A stretch of DNA of 63,038 nucleotides, counting the filler. It is 5 parts of 5 records of this genome, joined end to end, with 100 filler letters (N's around TTAATTAATTAA, not from the genome) between each part and the next. Parts side by side here need not be neighbours in the genome. Positions count along the whole stretch, not along the records: positions 7,104 to 23,950 come from SRR2962707_2376; 4 more parts are not named here. The stretch is one strand, 5' to 3'. Positions within the stretch are counted from its first letter, which is position 1; each line of letters starts with the position of its first letter. Position numbers and translations under genes: made by a program. The notes under the pieces were generated by a model, which saw only the letters and a program-made list of their open reading frames with translations, was not told the DNA's origin and searched no databases. Shown one piece after another: positions 9,466 through 21,479 of the stretch.

Positions 9466-12400
9466 TCACAGCGACTCCAATGCCTCCACCATCCGTTTTA
9501 GACGGTGATTGCGTTTCAACGCAATATCCAAATGGCCGGTGCAGTCTGTAACGCGATCGTTGGTATTTCTGACGGCTCCTGTTTCATCGAGGCGACGCCT
9601 CGATGGCGCGAGGTCTGTGACCTCAAAATCATTGAACTTGAAGCTCTCGGCACAGATCTTGACCGTCTTCGCTTCAGAGTTCGAGCACACCTCTCCTGTG
9701 AACCCAAATGCTGCACTGTAGTCTTTGGAGGCTGTGGCCGAGATGCCGGCCGCCACACCAAATCGCCCAGTCACGGTATTCTTCGAGCCTCCCAAAATTG
9801 TGCCAAATCTAGCACTCACCTTGTGGCTGAAGCCGCCTCCAATGCTGCAGTAGTTACTGTAGCATTTGTTTTTCCATCCACCCGTCACAGATCCATAATC
9901 AGCATTGACGATGTTATTCAGCCCGCCGCCTATGGTGGAAAATTGACTATCTCCAATGACTTGATTGTGCTTGCCCGCACCAACCGCTGCGTAGACAGTG
10001 TCAGGCTCAAGGTCATTTGAGTAACCACCAATGATGATTCCGTACGTGCCCAAAACATCGTTTGAGTCATCAAGTTCCATTGTGTTCCCAAACTCCGCGT
10101 AAATAGCATCCAATTGTTCTTCATTGGCATCGATATGCGTTCGAAGTCCAAGAGTGTCACCATTGTTCTCAGTGACTTGTTCCATGCGCACCTCGGCGAT
10201 GGCATCATCGTCGGTGTTGTAAATAATAGCTGGGATAATTGAAAAGTCAATGGACCCAATTACGTAACCGGCATCATCGACCCATTGAGACTTAGCATCA
10301 TTCACCCAGTATTCATTGAGATCGTCATCGACCCAAATAGTGATATCAACAGCGCAAGGATCTGTGTTGCAATCACCAAACCCGGATTCGATGGTTCCGT
10401 CAAATTCTGGACAGTCGTCTCCTCCAAGGCGAGCCGGTGTAAGAATCTCATACGTGCGTGCTGCAGTGAAATACGCCTCGTCGGCCCCGCATGTTACAGG
10501 GCACTCTGTCCAATCGCTCCACTGGCCAAGGCAGTCGCTGGGGCAGTAAGAGTTTGCACACGTCGCCACTTCTGTCCACTCATCGCCAACATCTGCCACA
10601 TCCGAGTCTGTGCCAAAGACGGTCTCACAATCGAATCCGCCGTATTCTGCCGTGGCAGTTACCGTGAATAGGCGGCTTTGTTCACCACCACCACACGAAA
10701 CTGAGCAGTCCGTCCAATCATCCCACGTGCCTTCGCAGTCAATCGGGCACTTGATTTCGCCGTTAACTTCTACTCCCGTTGTACAAGATGTAGTCTGCTC
10801 TTCGTACTCTTTGTAGTCGCAATCAGTACCACCGGAATATGCTTGCTGCGAAATGTAGAAATATCGGGTTGCTGTTCCGTCGCCGCAACTAGCACTGCAT
10901 GTTCCCCACTCGCCCCAGGCACCTTCGCAGTCCATCGGTTCTGCATCACATTGTGCTTGGCACCAATCGCAGTCTTCATACTCTTCACCGTTGAGGAGCT
11001 CATACTCAATAAGCGGGAATGTTTTCTTTCCCTTGTTGCCCAATGCACTGCTTTTTTTGTAACAGTGGGTTCCCTCTTGCTTTGAAACTCCAGTGACACG
11101 GTTTACGAGGCGAATGTTGCCAGACTTTTCGAATACGTATCCATTGCAGGCTCCGTCTTCGGCACAGAGTGCCTGGGCGCACTCGTGCCCGCATGAGAAG
11201 AAGTCCCACACACCAATTTCGTTGGCGAGGTCGCACGTGGCATCGTTGGCCGGGGGGAACCCACCGTTTAGGTACTCGTAGGCTCCGTTTGCGCAAAGAT
11301 AGTTGACTTCGTGGTCCTCACAGAAACCCTCATTGCCGTTGGCATCAAACGCCTCCTTGAACCACATGCCAATTCCAGTGTCAGGAACTTCGACAGAGAT
11401 TTCGGCAATGCTGAGCACTCGGCATGATCCTGGAAGGAAAATCCAGATGTAGCGACCGAACTGGCCCTTGCAGTCCACCTCGTAATTTCCAAATTCGTTT
11501 GCTTGTTGCAATCGGCCGCAGACGATTCCACTACAGCCCTTGCCCAAAACACACGGATTTTGACTGATACCAACAGTAGCACCTTCATTGGATCCCTCAA
11601 ACTTTGAAGACGACATTTGCCATTCACATTCACCTCCGTGAGCAAACAGGCGAGAAGCGCAAGAATCAACGACGCTTTTGATGGTAACCATTCCAATAGC
11701 ATTCTTAACACTGACATCGAACTGCATGAAAGGGTCAGCCTCAGCACAAACGTCATCACAGCCTGCGTTCAACGAGGCACTGCAAGTGCGAGACGAGGTA
11801 CCTCTCTTTCCATCGAGCGCCGCCGCGCACGTGGTGGACGTGTCGTAAGCGGAGCTCACCTTGCATACAGCCTTTGTTGCTGCCACATTCTCACCAGGAG
11901 CCACACATGCATCAAGCAGGTCAACAATTTCCATCGTGTCGGGGGTACGGCAAAGAACACGCTTGTAGATCTCCGTGATTTCCTCCTCGCAAGCACTAAT
12001 GCAGATCTCACGGTCGTCGCAGCAATCGCCGTGGTCAATGCAGTAGACATCACACCAGCAGGAGTTAGGAATGCTGGAATGATACGGGTAGTCGCAGTAG
12101 CCCTCACACGATGTCACAGGGTCGGTCTCGGAAGGTGCTGGCATCAACACAACATTGCCGTTGGAGTCTTTTTGGGGCGCAGGGGTTGGTGACGGCGTAT
12201 GATCGGTGTAATTGTTTGCGTCAGTATCTGGTCCAGGGGTTGGAGACGGAACAACATGAGCTCCGTGCGGTCCAGGGTGAGGTGCTGGGTTTTGCGCGGG
12301 GGTGGCGGGGCAAGCTGTTTCTTTATCCTCGCAGCAGTCCTCCCACCGGGCACAATCGTCATCGCACCAGCAAGCTTGCTTGCCATCAGAATGCCATGGT

Positions 12401-15400
12401 GCCCGGCAGTTTCCAACACATGACATGTCTGGCGCTGGGTGATTGTGTTGATTTGATTGACCGTCAGGTGATGGCAGCCAGTTCATGGGCCAGTCCTGCT
12501 GACGGCGGCCCGGAGCAGGCGTAGGCGTTGGCGTGCGGTCCCGGGGCGATGGGTTGACACTGGTTGGGGCTGGGTTTGTGGGGGCTGGTGTTCGGTCGGG
12601 GATGAAGGGTGCAGGAATTGATTTCAAGTCGCAACCATAGCAGCCTCCGTCGTCAACGAGTGCTGCGGGGTCGTAGTTATGGCAGGCCTGATTGGTGCAA
12701 CCATTGCGACACCACGTGGACTTGTCGTCGCAGCAGTCATTGTAGTCATCGCAATCTCGGTCGCAATAGCAAGACGCAGTCGCCGTCTTACTTCCGCCCG
12801 TCCATGGGAACTGGCAGTTGCCTTTGCAAGTTTGAGCGGCTGGACTGGGGCTGGCGTTGTCCGGGGCGTAAACCGTCGTTTGGTCGATCTCGATGATAGG
12901 CGACGGTGTTGGTGCTGCCCGTGGTTGGAGAAACTGCTGTGTCGGCCCAGGCGAAATTCCATCATACGGAGCTGGTGAATCGAAGGACACGTCGGTGTCA
13001 ATCATCGGAGCAGGTGCACGGCAGAGATCTACAAAGTCGTCGCAGCAGTCGCCGGCGGCGATACAGTCCTGTGTGCAAAAGCAGCTTTTATCTTGCGTGT
13101 AACTTCCGCAATTGTCCCAGCAGCTCTCGGCTACGTCTTTCGAAGAGCAGCAGCGTTGATATACGCCGTTTCCGATCGTGGAGCTGGCATACGTACAAAC
13201 TGTGTCGACCGGCACACACGCGCAAGACGATGAACCGTCGCCGTACATGAGTTCCGAGCAACGATCGTCATTCTCCACAGCCTCCCAGCACTCAGGAAGA
13301 GTTTTCCCTTTTCCAAGCCAAATCTTGTCGCGGCACATCGTGTCTGCCTTTATCTTGTACCAGTTGCAATATGAGTTGGTCGGAGATTCTCCAGCCCAAG
13401 GACCGTACTGCAGCATGCACTGGTCTTCAACAAAGCTGGGTGCAGGAACGACGTCATAGTCGCAGGCAACAGATGTGACTCCAACGTTGCCACGAGAATC
13501 AATCGTGTTATTGCCTTCCGGCCCCTCTACAATTCCAAGATCGCAGTCAACTTGTCCGTTATTCGGGACCCAGTTGTAGCCTTCCTCGTCGACGACGTCC
13601 AATTGACTTATGTAGACAAATCCAGCAGTGTTTTGCATAGGGTATCCAAGATAGACGCTCAGGGCGCCAGGCACTTTAGAACCAGAGCTGATTGTAGTCT
13701 GTACAGTCTCCCAATGATCACGTGTCGTCACGATATCGGCTGGGGCAATTGCGGTGATCGCGGCGCCATTTGTGTCGAACAAGCGCGAATGCAGAATCAT
13801 CGTGGAACCATCCCAGTCGCTGGTCACATAAATTTGTGCACGAATTGTCAACGTTCCCGCGGAAACGCGGTGCCGCAGCGATGGTGCTACATCATCCTCG
13901 CCTGGTGCAGTGCTACTCAGATCAACCCGGACTTCGTATTCGCCGATGATTCCAGAATTTGGCCCAAGAAACAACGCGCAACACGCGTCGTTGCCTCCTT
14001 GCGGCGCCGGGAGCTTAAACACTGGTGCATTTGCTGACGGAGACGGAACAGAAAGGCGGCTAGGTCCGTAGGGGGCAGGGCGGATCAAGGAATCCGATCC
14101 AGGCGCCGGTGTTCGTTTACCAGGACGAATGTACACGTTTGCCCCATTGTGGTCAGACAGGAGAGTATCGCGGGAGTCACCGTACCAGTCATTTTCGCCG
14201 TACAGCACCGTTGCAGAGTACACCGAGTCGAAGTGATCCTCGAGACTGATCCAAGGGTCTTCCAGGTTGGTCGAGCGGTGATACCAAAGGACGGAGTGCT
14301 GCTGCTGGATATCAGAGGCTGTGAGAATTTCCGCCATAAACGGAGCGCCCCGTTTGTAAACGACATTCAATTCGTTACTGATGAGCCAGTGATAGCAATC
14401 GCCAGACGAAAACAGAAACTCAGTTGTGCCATCCAGTTCGTTTGCGTAGTATCGACTGAAAGTCTGCCCAACGCTTCCATCGTTTACAAAAGTTCCGTAC
14501 ACCGATGTGCCAGCGAGCTGGTCGGTAGCTGGATGCCATTTGCGACCTTGCTTGACTCGCCGAACCAGGCTCCAACCACCGCCGTCGATATCATCTTGGC
14601 AGGTCTTTGCCGCAGGAGGGAGCGTGGCTTCGGGAATATATTTTTGAAACGTGTAGCACGAATAACTGTCTTCTGAGCGAATAGTGGAAACAGCCTCAGG
14701 GATCCAGTCGTACAGCAGGCATTTACCGATTTCATCGGAGTAGGCAAAAGATTTGCACCAAGCGTAGGTGTAGCATAGGTTGTTGCAGGCATCCATGTTG
14801 GGCAGTCCAGCTGACTCGGTGCGCACGAGCCCAGGATTTTCAGCAAAGTCGCGGGCGTCAAGGCCCGCAAGTGTTGTGTTCAGTCGGCAACCACCACCTT
14901 CCCCAACCAAAGCAATATCTGCTCCTTTCTTTATCATGCAGTACGTGCCGCCAGCTGCTTCGGTGAAGTCGATCTTGCTGGCAAGGCGAATAGTTCCGAA
15001 CTCCTTGAAGTAAGTGTAACCAGCGCACATAATGTCGTTGGAACATACCAGCTCCGTGCATCGCAAATCACACTCATCCAGGCTCCATTCCCCCGATGAA
15101 CTATCAACGACCCAAGAGCCACCTTGCCAATGACCTTCGACGTTCAAGCACGTCGATTCATTTGCAGGTAATAGGCCACCGTTGTAGTCAACGGAACACA
15201 ACCGGTTGATGTCAGCATCGCCGCAATATCCCACTTCTTGAGACTCAAAACTGAACGTGACTTCGTTTTCGCAGAGCGCTTCGACGTTCACAGATATGAC
15301 AACATCAGAGTCCCAACCAGTTTGATCTGCCCAAAACGACGTGCCGGTCGCCCAATCGTTCGAAAAGAAACCATTTGCGTTAATTCCGCTCTCAAAGTTG

Positions 15401-15993
15401 CCACTTTCGCAGTTTTCAAGTGCGTAGTTCGAGGACTTGCTAAACAGCCAATAGTAATTGGTATTCTGATCTTCGTGACCGCAGGGGCCCATGTAGTCAC
15501 CAAGAACGTCCCACTTCCACTGGAAAACGTGCGAAGTCGTGGAAAATTCCCGAGGCTCACCATCCTCGTCCACAAGACGAATGTACATGGTTTTGCCCTT
15601 GTTTGGGAACTCAATCTTCATTTCGTTGTTCTCCATCAGAGAGTTGATAGTGTCAACCGATGCGGAGTAGCAGTCGGAGTGCCTGAAAGCTCCAGGCACA
15701 TCTGCAAAGCAAAAGCGGCAATGATACGCACGTAAAAGTCAACCAAACGAGTGAGGAAAGCATCATCAGCGTGACAAACCGTGCAAACAACGCTGCTAAA
15801 AACGAAGCTCACCATAGGCTCCATAGCCGTCTGCAGACAACGCCTGCTTGCATCCTGGAATTATTACCGGGAACCATCCAGTTCCTGATGCTCGCGCACA
15901 AATGCTCGAGACCGAAAGATCTTCTTCCGCGCTGACGCTTGATTGCGACAGTGATGCAGCCGCCACCAACAATGCCACCGTTGGGCGCCACAT
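9466..15993 (-). CDS. Secreted ~2138-aa multidomain Cys-rich adhesin-like protein, 2 exons (15993-15813, 15701-9466)
   Basis: Signal peptide MWRPTVALLVAAASLSQSSVSA; phase-1 GTGAGC...CAG intron 15812-15702; PAN/apple-like modules, four somatomedin-B-like domains, Pro/Thr linkers, lectin-like segments, three TSP1 repeats (WxxWxxCSxxCG), Gly-rich 15-aa repeats and a terminal coiled coil. Confidence 0.85.
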
Positions 15994-17774
15994 CACGATC
16001 GCCAGCCCACCACGCCTCCCTGAGGCCAGCGAAGCTGCGCAAGTGACACCCCCAACGCCAAAATAAACTTGCTGGAAACAATACAAAAACACAACCAGCC
16101 CTTGGACGCGAACAATTCCCTCCAACTTTCTTCTCGATTCAAACTTGCCCAACGAACAGTTAAAAACCTCGTCTACGCCCTTTCACCACCGCTCAGGACG
16201 ATGAACCTCACTTCGCCATTTCAGTCAAGTCACCAAAGATGTCGGAGGCAAAAGCATGACAAGGCGGCACACCTTTCAAAGAGAACGGAGCTCGACTACG
16301 ACTGACAGAGTGATTGCGTTTTCGCACAAGGGCAACTTGTCTGATTTGATCAACTCAAAGAGGAGGGGTGTACGAGGATGTTCAGTCCACTTTCTTTTTG
16401 CAATGGTGTCACTCGGGAGTGCGTGTGCGTGAGCGAGCAGTCGGAGTCGTTGGTTGTTTTGGTTGTTCGGTTGGTGGTGTCGGCATGTGTCTCCAATTAA
16501 TCTTTGTATCTCAGCCTATGCGTGGTCACACACTGAGTTTGATTCTTCCAGCCTTCCAGCCAGCAAAGTCAGTCAAAACATCTTCCGAGCGTTCTCACTT
16601 TCGAGCGGCAGCAGCTGAAGCGCAGCAGCAACAGCAGCAACAGCATCAAGAGCAGCACACACAGCAATGAATCCATACGTTTCGTCCAATGAGCTGCGAG
16701 TGGTCAGTTGCTCGTGTTTGTCCACTGTGCAAGTCGAATTAACCACTGACTTGCGTCTTCCAATGACACTGAGGCTGGAACACCCACTGAACATCCATTT
16801 CTCCACTGGCCCTCTCCCTCGCTTCGCCGTACTACCTGCGTAAGCCAAAATGCACAACGCCTTCGCTGAGCGTAGTACAAAGACTGAAACCAGGTTTTGT
16901 TCTCAGTACTTGGCTCCTAAGCCACCGCGCTGAGGTCCTCTTAGCAAGCGGCTGATACTAACCAAAAATATAGGGCGGGGTTAAAATCAATGAAATTTGA
17001 TGACTGTTTCCCACACCAATATGTTGTCCATCGTAATTTTTCGCTCAATAGCAGGGCTCGAAGCCGACACCGTTGTTGCTTTTCGCGCAGAAGCTGACGC
17101 TCTTTGCTGATGGGTTGGTATGTACCGCCGTAAACCTTCACTTCTGCGCCTTGAAGGTCATTTCAATGTGCGTATTTAAGTTATTTTTTGTGGTGGCGTA
17201 GCTTTCTGTTGCGGTTGCCCATTCGTCACTGTCGCCGATCGAAGCAGTAAATACGCAATTAATACTACCGGTCTAGGGACACCAAAATGGACTTCTCCAA
17301 AAGTCATCCAGTGGCACGCACACACACGTCCACTGCGCCGCTGCCCTTCATACCCGCTCATGCCAAGCCACTGGGTTGATGTGGTCAGTACTCTATTACT
17401 GCTACTCGATGCCACTGGGTGTGCAAAGCAACAGCATGATGTGTGTTAGCCTTGGTAGTTCTGGAGTTCTGAGCGGTGGTCCCAGTGGTCTTGCGTCTTC
17501 GCGTCTTTGCGGTGTGGGGTGTGACATTCACACTCGTTGTGCAGTAAGGCTGGTAATCATTATTGTAGTGATTTGCAATGTCCGCAGTGGACCAGCACGA
17601 AAGGTCCAGACTCGGTCATGAGCCGTTTGGTCGTGCATACTTATAGCGCAACCATCCATGCTCATGCAGCGGCGTTCCACGCTGGCAATATATGTAATGT
17701 ATTAGAGTGGCACACCGAGCCAGCGAGTGATTCGGCCCAAGCTGGTCCGAACCAGAAAGGAAACCAGCGGGCAG

Positions 17775-20301
17775 CTACGAGGACCGAGAGTATCGGGATG
17801 CAGATCCAGACAAGCGCTTTCCTGCACGGTTTAATTTGGACGTTGAGGTTTTGCGCTTCGAGACAGCAGATTTGTTGGACGGCTTTTTGCGACTCGCCAA
17901 ACCACTTGGCCCACCTGCACTTCGTCTCGATGAAGCGGGGCGCGGCGCATGTACTCCGTAGATGAGGCGCTCAAAACGCTTGACCTCGGCTTGGAGCAGC
18001 TTGCGATCTTGTGCCCAACTCGCTTTGTCGGCTTCGACGAGACGAACTTTGCCCTGCAGATGGCGCACCTCGGTTTGCAATTCTGCCACTTGGGCGAGTG
18101 CGGATTCAGCCCGCCTAGAAACCGACACAACCTACACACACGTGATTATCGTCAACACTTGTTGGCCAGCCAGAAGGAATATTGTGCATGAGTGCATGTC
18201 GTGATTGATTGATCCCCAATTGCATCAACGAAACTCACTTTCGCTCGCTCTGCATCAACAAGCGTTTCAGCTCTTTGTCGCTCTTGTTCGAGAACCTCAA
18301 TTCGATCCTCCAAGGCACTTCTAGTCGAATCACGAGTTTCAAGCGTGACTTTTAAATCTTGCTGGGCTCGTTGGGCCGCCTCATTTTGTGATTGTAATTG
18401 CAGCTGCAGTTGTTCCACTTGCTGAGCGTGCATTTGCTGCAATCGCTGAAGGTCAGAGAGGTTTTCGCTGTTCAATTGGCGCATCGCCCCTCGCTCCTTG
18501 GCAAGTGTCTGCTCAAGAAGCTGGTTCTGTTCAAAAAGCTGCGATACTTGCAAGGCCTTTTGCTGTAGTTGGGCTCTAAGCCACTCAATTTTATTGGCTG
18601 CGGACGCTGGATCGGCAAGATCGACGCTCATGTCCCAGGAAGCACCTTGGCGATTGTCTCCGGCCCGGATTTGGGCTCTGTGGGCCCCATGCAGTCCTTG
18701 TGGGGCTCTTGATTGCCCACCTAAAGCCTTGCTACTGTCAGGGTATTCTGGTTCACAAACGTCCTCAGCGCGGTCTCGATCACCCTCAGTGTCACTGCCA
18801 GAGTAGCGAAATGTTGGCCCACCAGGTTGGCTGCGATAGTAAGCTTCCTCCGTCCCGCTTCCGCCAGAAGGAACAGAACTCTCACTCCACTCTGGAAGTG
18901 CCTGCGCATGGGTCTGTGGTCCTGCACCCTGTGAACGTCTTCGCTTGTGTTTGACAGGACTTCCACGTCTCGTTCTCAAACGCGTGTCGTTTTCTAAACT
19001 AATTCTGCCGCCAAATCCAGACCCTGGCCTATTTTTCACGTTTTGATTTGTTCGTCGAGGGCGAGGCGGCCGACTTCGACCAGCAACTTGCGCGGCTTGC
19101 GAGACATTTGCTCGACTATGCCTGAAACTGACTGCTTCCTCTGCAGCCGATTGCGGTTGGTTTCCCACATCATCGGTTCTTCTTGCTTCCATTCCCTCGT
19201 CTGATTTTTGGTTTCCGTGCGCGACTGTCTGGACAATCCTGCCAGACTCGTGACTAAGACTACTTGCGTCACAAGCGTCATCCTCATCTTCATCACTTCC
19301 ATACCGTTGTGCTCTTATTTCAGCCTTTCATTCAAAAAAACTGCAGATCAGCTTGCGCGAAAATCAATGAAGTTGACGTGAATTGTACAATGGACCAGTG
19401 TACCTCGACAAACCTTTCGTGTGGCTACCTGCATATCGTGCAAAGAAGCATTGAGTTGCTCTACTAAACTATGGTCCGCGGTCGCGTCTTGAGTGAGATC
19501 CGCGACGAGCGAAGTGTGTGTCGACATGCGTGCTGGTGCCCCCTTGTTAGATGCCGTCGACGCCTCTGGAGTAACTTCAGCTTTCTGTGGCAGACTAGCG
19601 TCGTGGCGAGTATCTCTGCTTTCGTGAGACAGCCCATGCAAAACTGGAAAAGCGTGGATCCTGGAGTCCACACTCTGCACACCCGTAGGCTCAGAGGCCC
19701 TTGCCGTGAGAGATTTGATTTGTTGCGACAGCTGCGAAATGTGATTCCAGATCTGGTTGGACTCCATCACAGCGCCCACACCATCCGCAAAGGCTCGCGA
19801 GCCAATGGCAGGAACAGTGTTCGGCGTAACCTGTGCACTTGCGACCGAGTGCAGCGGCTGCGAACGGTTCAAAGAGCGGGCGATATTCTGCTGCGAGGGA
19901 CCATTTGCAAAACTGTGACTTTGCCACTGTCCAACGTCTTGCCCACGCTGCGAACCTTCGCCGGACGCAGACGCTGTGCTTGTAGAGTCACCAGCATCGA
20001 TGAGTTTCTCGATCGCAGTGCACCACTTGCGGCTTTCCTCACGCGAATCAGCTTTCAACGAGCGCAGCAGGCCGTTCGTCAAAAGAATGTCAAAGTTCTC
20101 ATCGTTGCCTTCCCCGCCCCAGAGGTTGACAAGACTCAGGTCGCTGGCTGGCAGCTTGTCGGCTTTCGTGGAGCCATCTTCCACCGCCATGGATATGATC
20201 AGACACTTGTTTTTGAAGTCGATAGAGAAAAACCTTTCGTCCCACTCCACAGTCCCATCCTGGCCCTGGATCTTTTCTTTCAGGAACCCTTCCTTTTTCA
20301 T
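17775..20301 (-). CDS. PH-domain protein with disordered middle and C-terminal coiled coil, 3 exons (20301-19414, 19324-18239, 18131-17775)
   Basis: N-terminal KEGFLKE...WDERFF...LKADSREESRKWCTAI PH signature; phase-0 introns GTTTGT...AAG and GTGAGT...TAG join three ORFs in frame; Q/E/L heptads. First donor could instead be 19428. Confidence 0.72.
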
Positions 20302-20762
20302 TCTGATGCGGGGACGGAGATGGAGAGCGAGAGCGAGAGGGGGGGGGGAGGGCTGTGGGCACTCCGCCTCCTCGTCCTCCTTCTACAATCAACTGGCAAC
20401 AACGGCCACCCCAAAGAGCATACAATCAACTTCACAAAAGAAGATCATGCCATCTTTCTTTGAGACTGTGCCAAGACATACATTTGATGTCCACCGCGAA
20501 TCAGGCTGCGAGGGGGCGGCTTGAGATGGATCGTGACAGCGCCGACGCAGCGGCCACGACAATTGGATCTAATCACCCATCCATTGCAGAACACGAACGG
20601 CTGTCTACCGGTACCCATCACGGAATCGCGCTATCAAGCAACGTCATTCCTCTCTTTCTCTCTGTGCACTTGCTCTCTGGTTTGTCTGCTGTTCGTAGAT
20701 CTATCTACTCACGGCCCTGCTTGTGCTTGTGCATGCGTGTTCTGCTGTGTGCGTGTTTGTTG

Positions 20763-20799
20763 GAGAGAGAGAGACAGAGAGACAGTGAGAGACAGAGAC
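20763..20799. repeat. GA-rich microsatellite
   Basis: gagagagagagacagagagacagtgagagacagagac. Confidence 0.7.
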
Positions 20800-21479
20800 C
20801 CAAGCGAGTGAGTGGGGGGGGCAGTGGGAGAACAGAGAAAAAGTGGTTCAAGTATGATTAGTGACATTTCTTTAAACTATTCGTTTTTACATGCGTGTAC
20901 ACTCTTAAATTACCAATTTAACTATTTCTGGTGGCGACACGCCAACCGTTTGCCAAATAAAATAGTTTTTCTTCGGTTTGAAAAAGGGAACGGCATGGAG
21001 TTCGCTGAAGTATTAGTTTTTGTGTGTGGTGTAATGACATAATAAACTTTTTAACTGATTTCAAGTTTTTAACTGGTAAACGGCGAGCAAACAACGCAAA
21101 AAAGCAAAAAAGTAGAAAAAGCGCAAAAGTGTCAAAGCTTGCGAGTGGAAAACTACTTTTTTAACGGATTTTAGATCGCGTTTGCTCCAGTTGAGGATCT
21201 TGTTTGTGGCGCAGGCAAAGCGGCTGGCTTTGCCAGACAGTCGGCGGCACTCCAACAAGTGCATGTGACCATCACGAACAAACGGCCGTGGCGCCAGCTT
21301 TTAAGATGGTGGAGGATGCTACCGGTAGCGATGTGAATCCCATGTGCTCGATAGATCTACAAGTGCTGTTTTAGAGCATCGTTTCTTGTTCTTGCTATTT
21401 TGCGGTTCGATCTGTGCTCGTTTGGGCGCGCAAGTCTAAAAAATATATTAACTAAAGTACACATTCAGTGATTCTCCGC

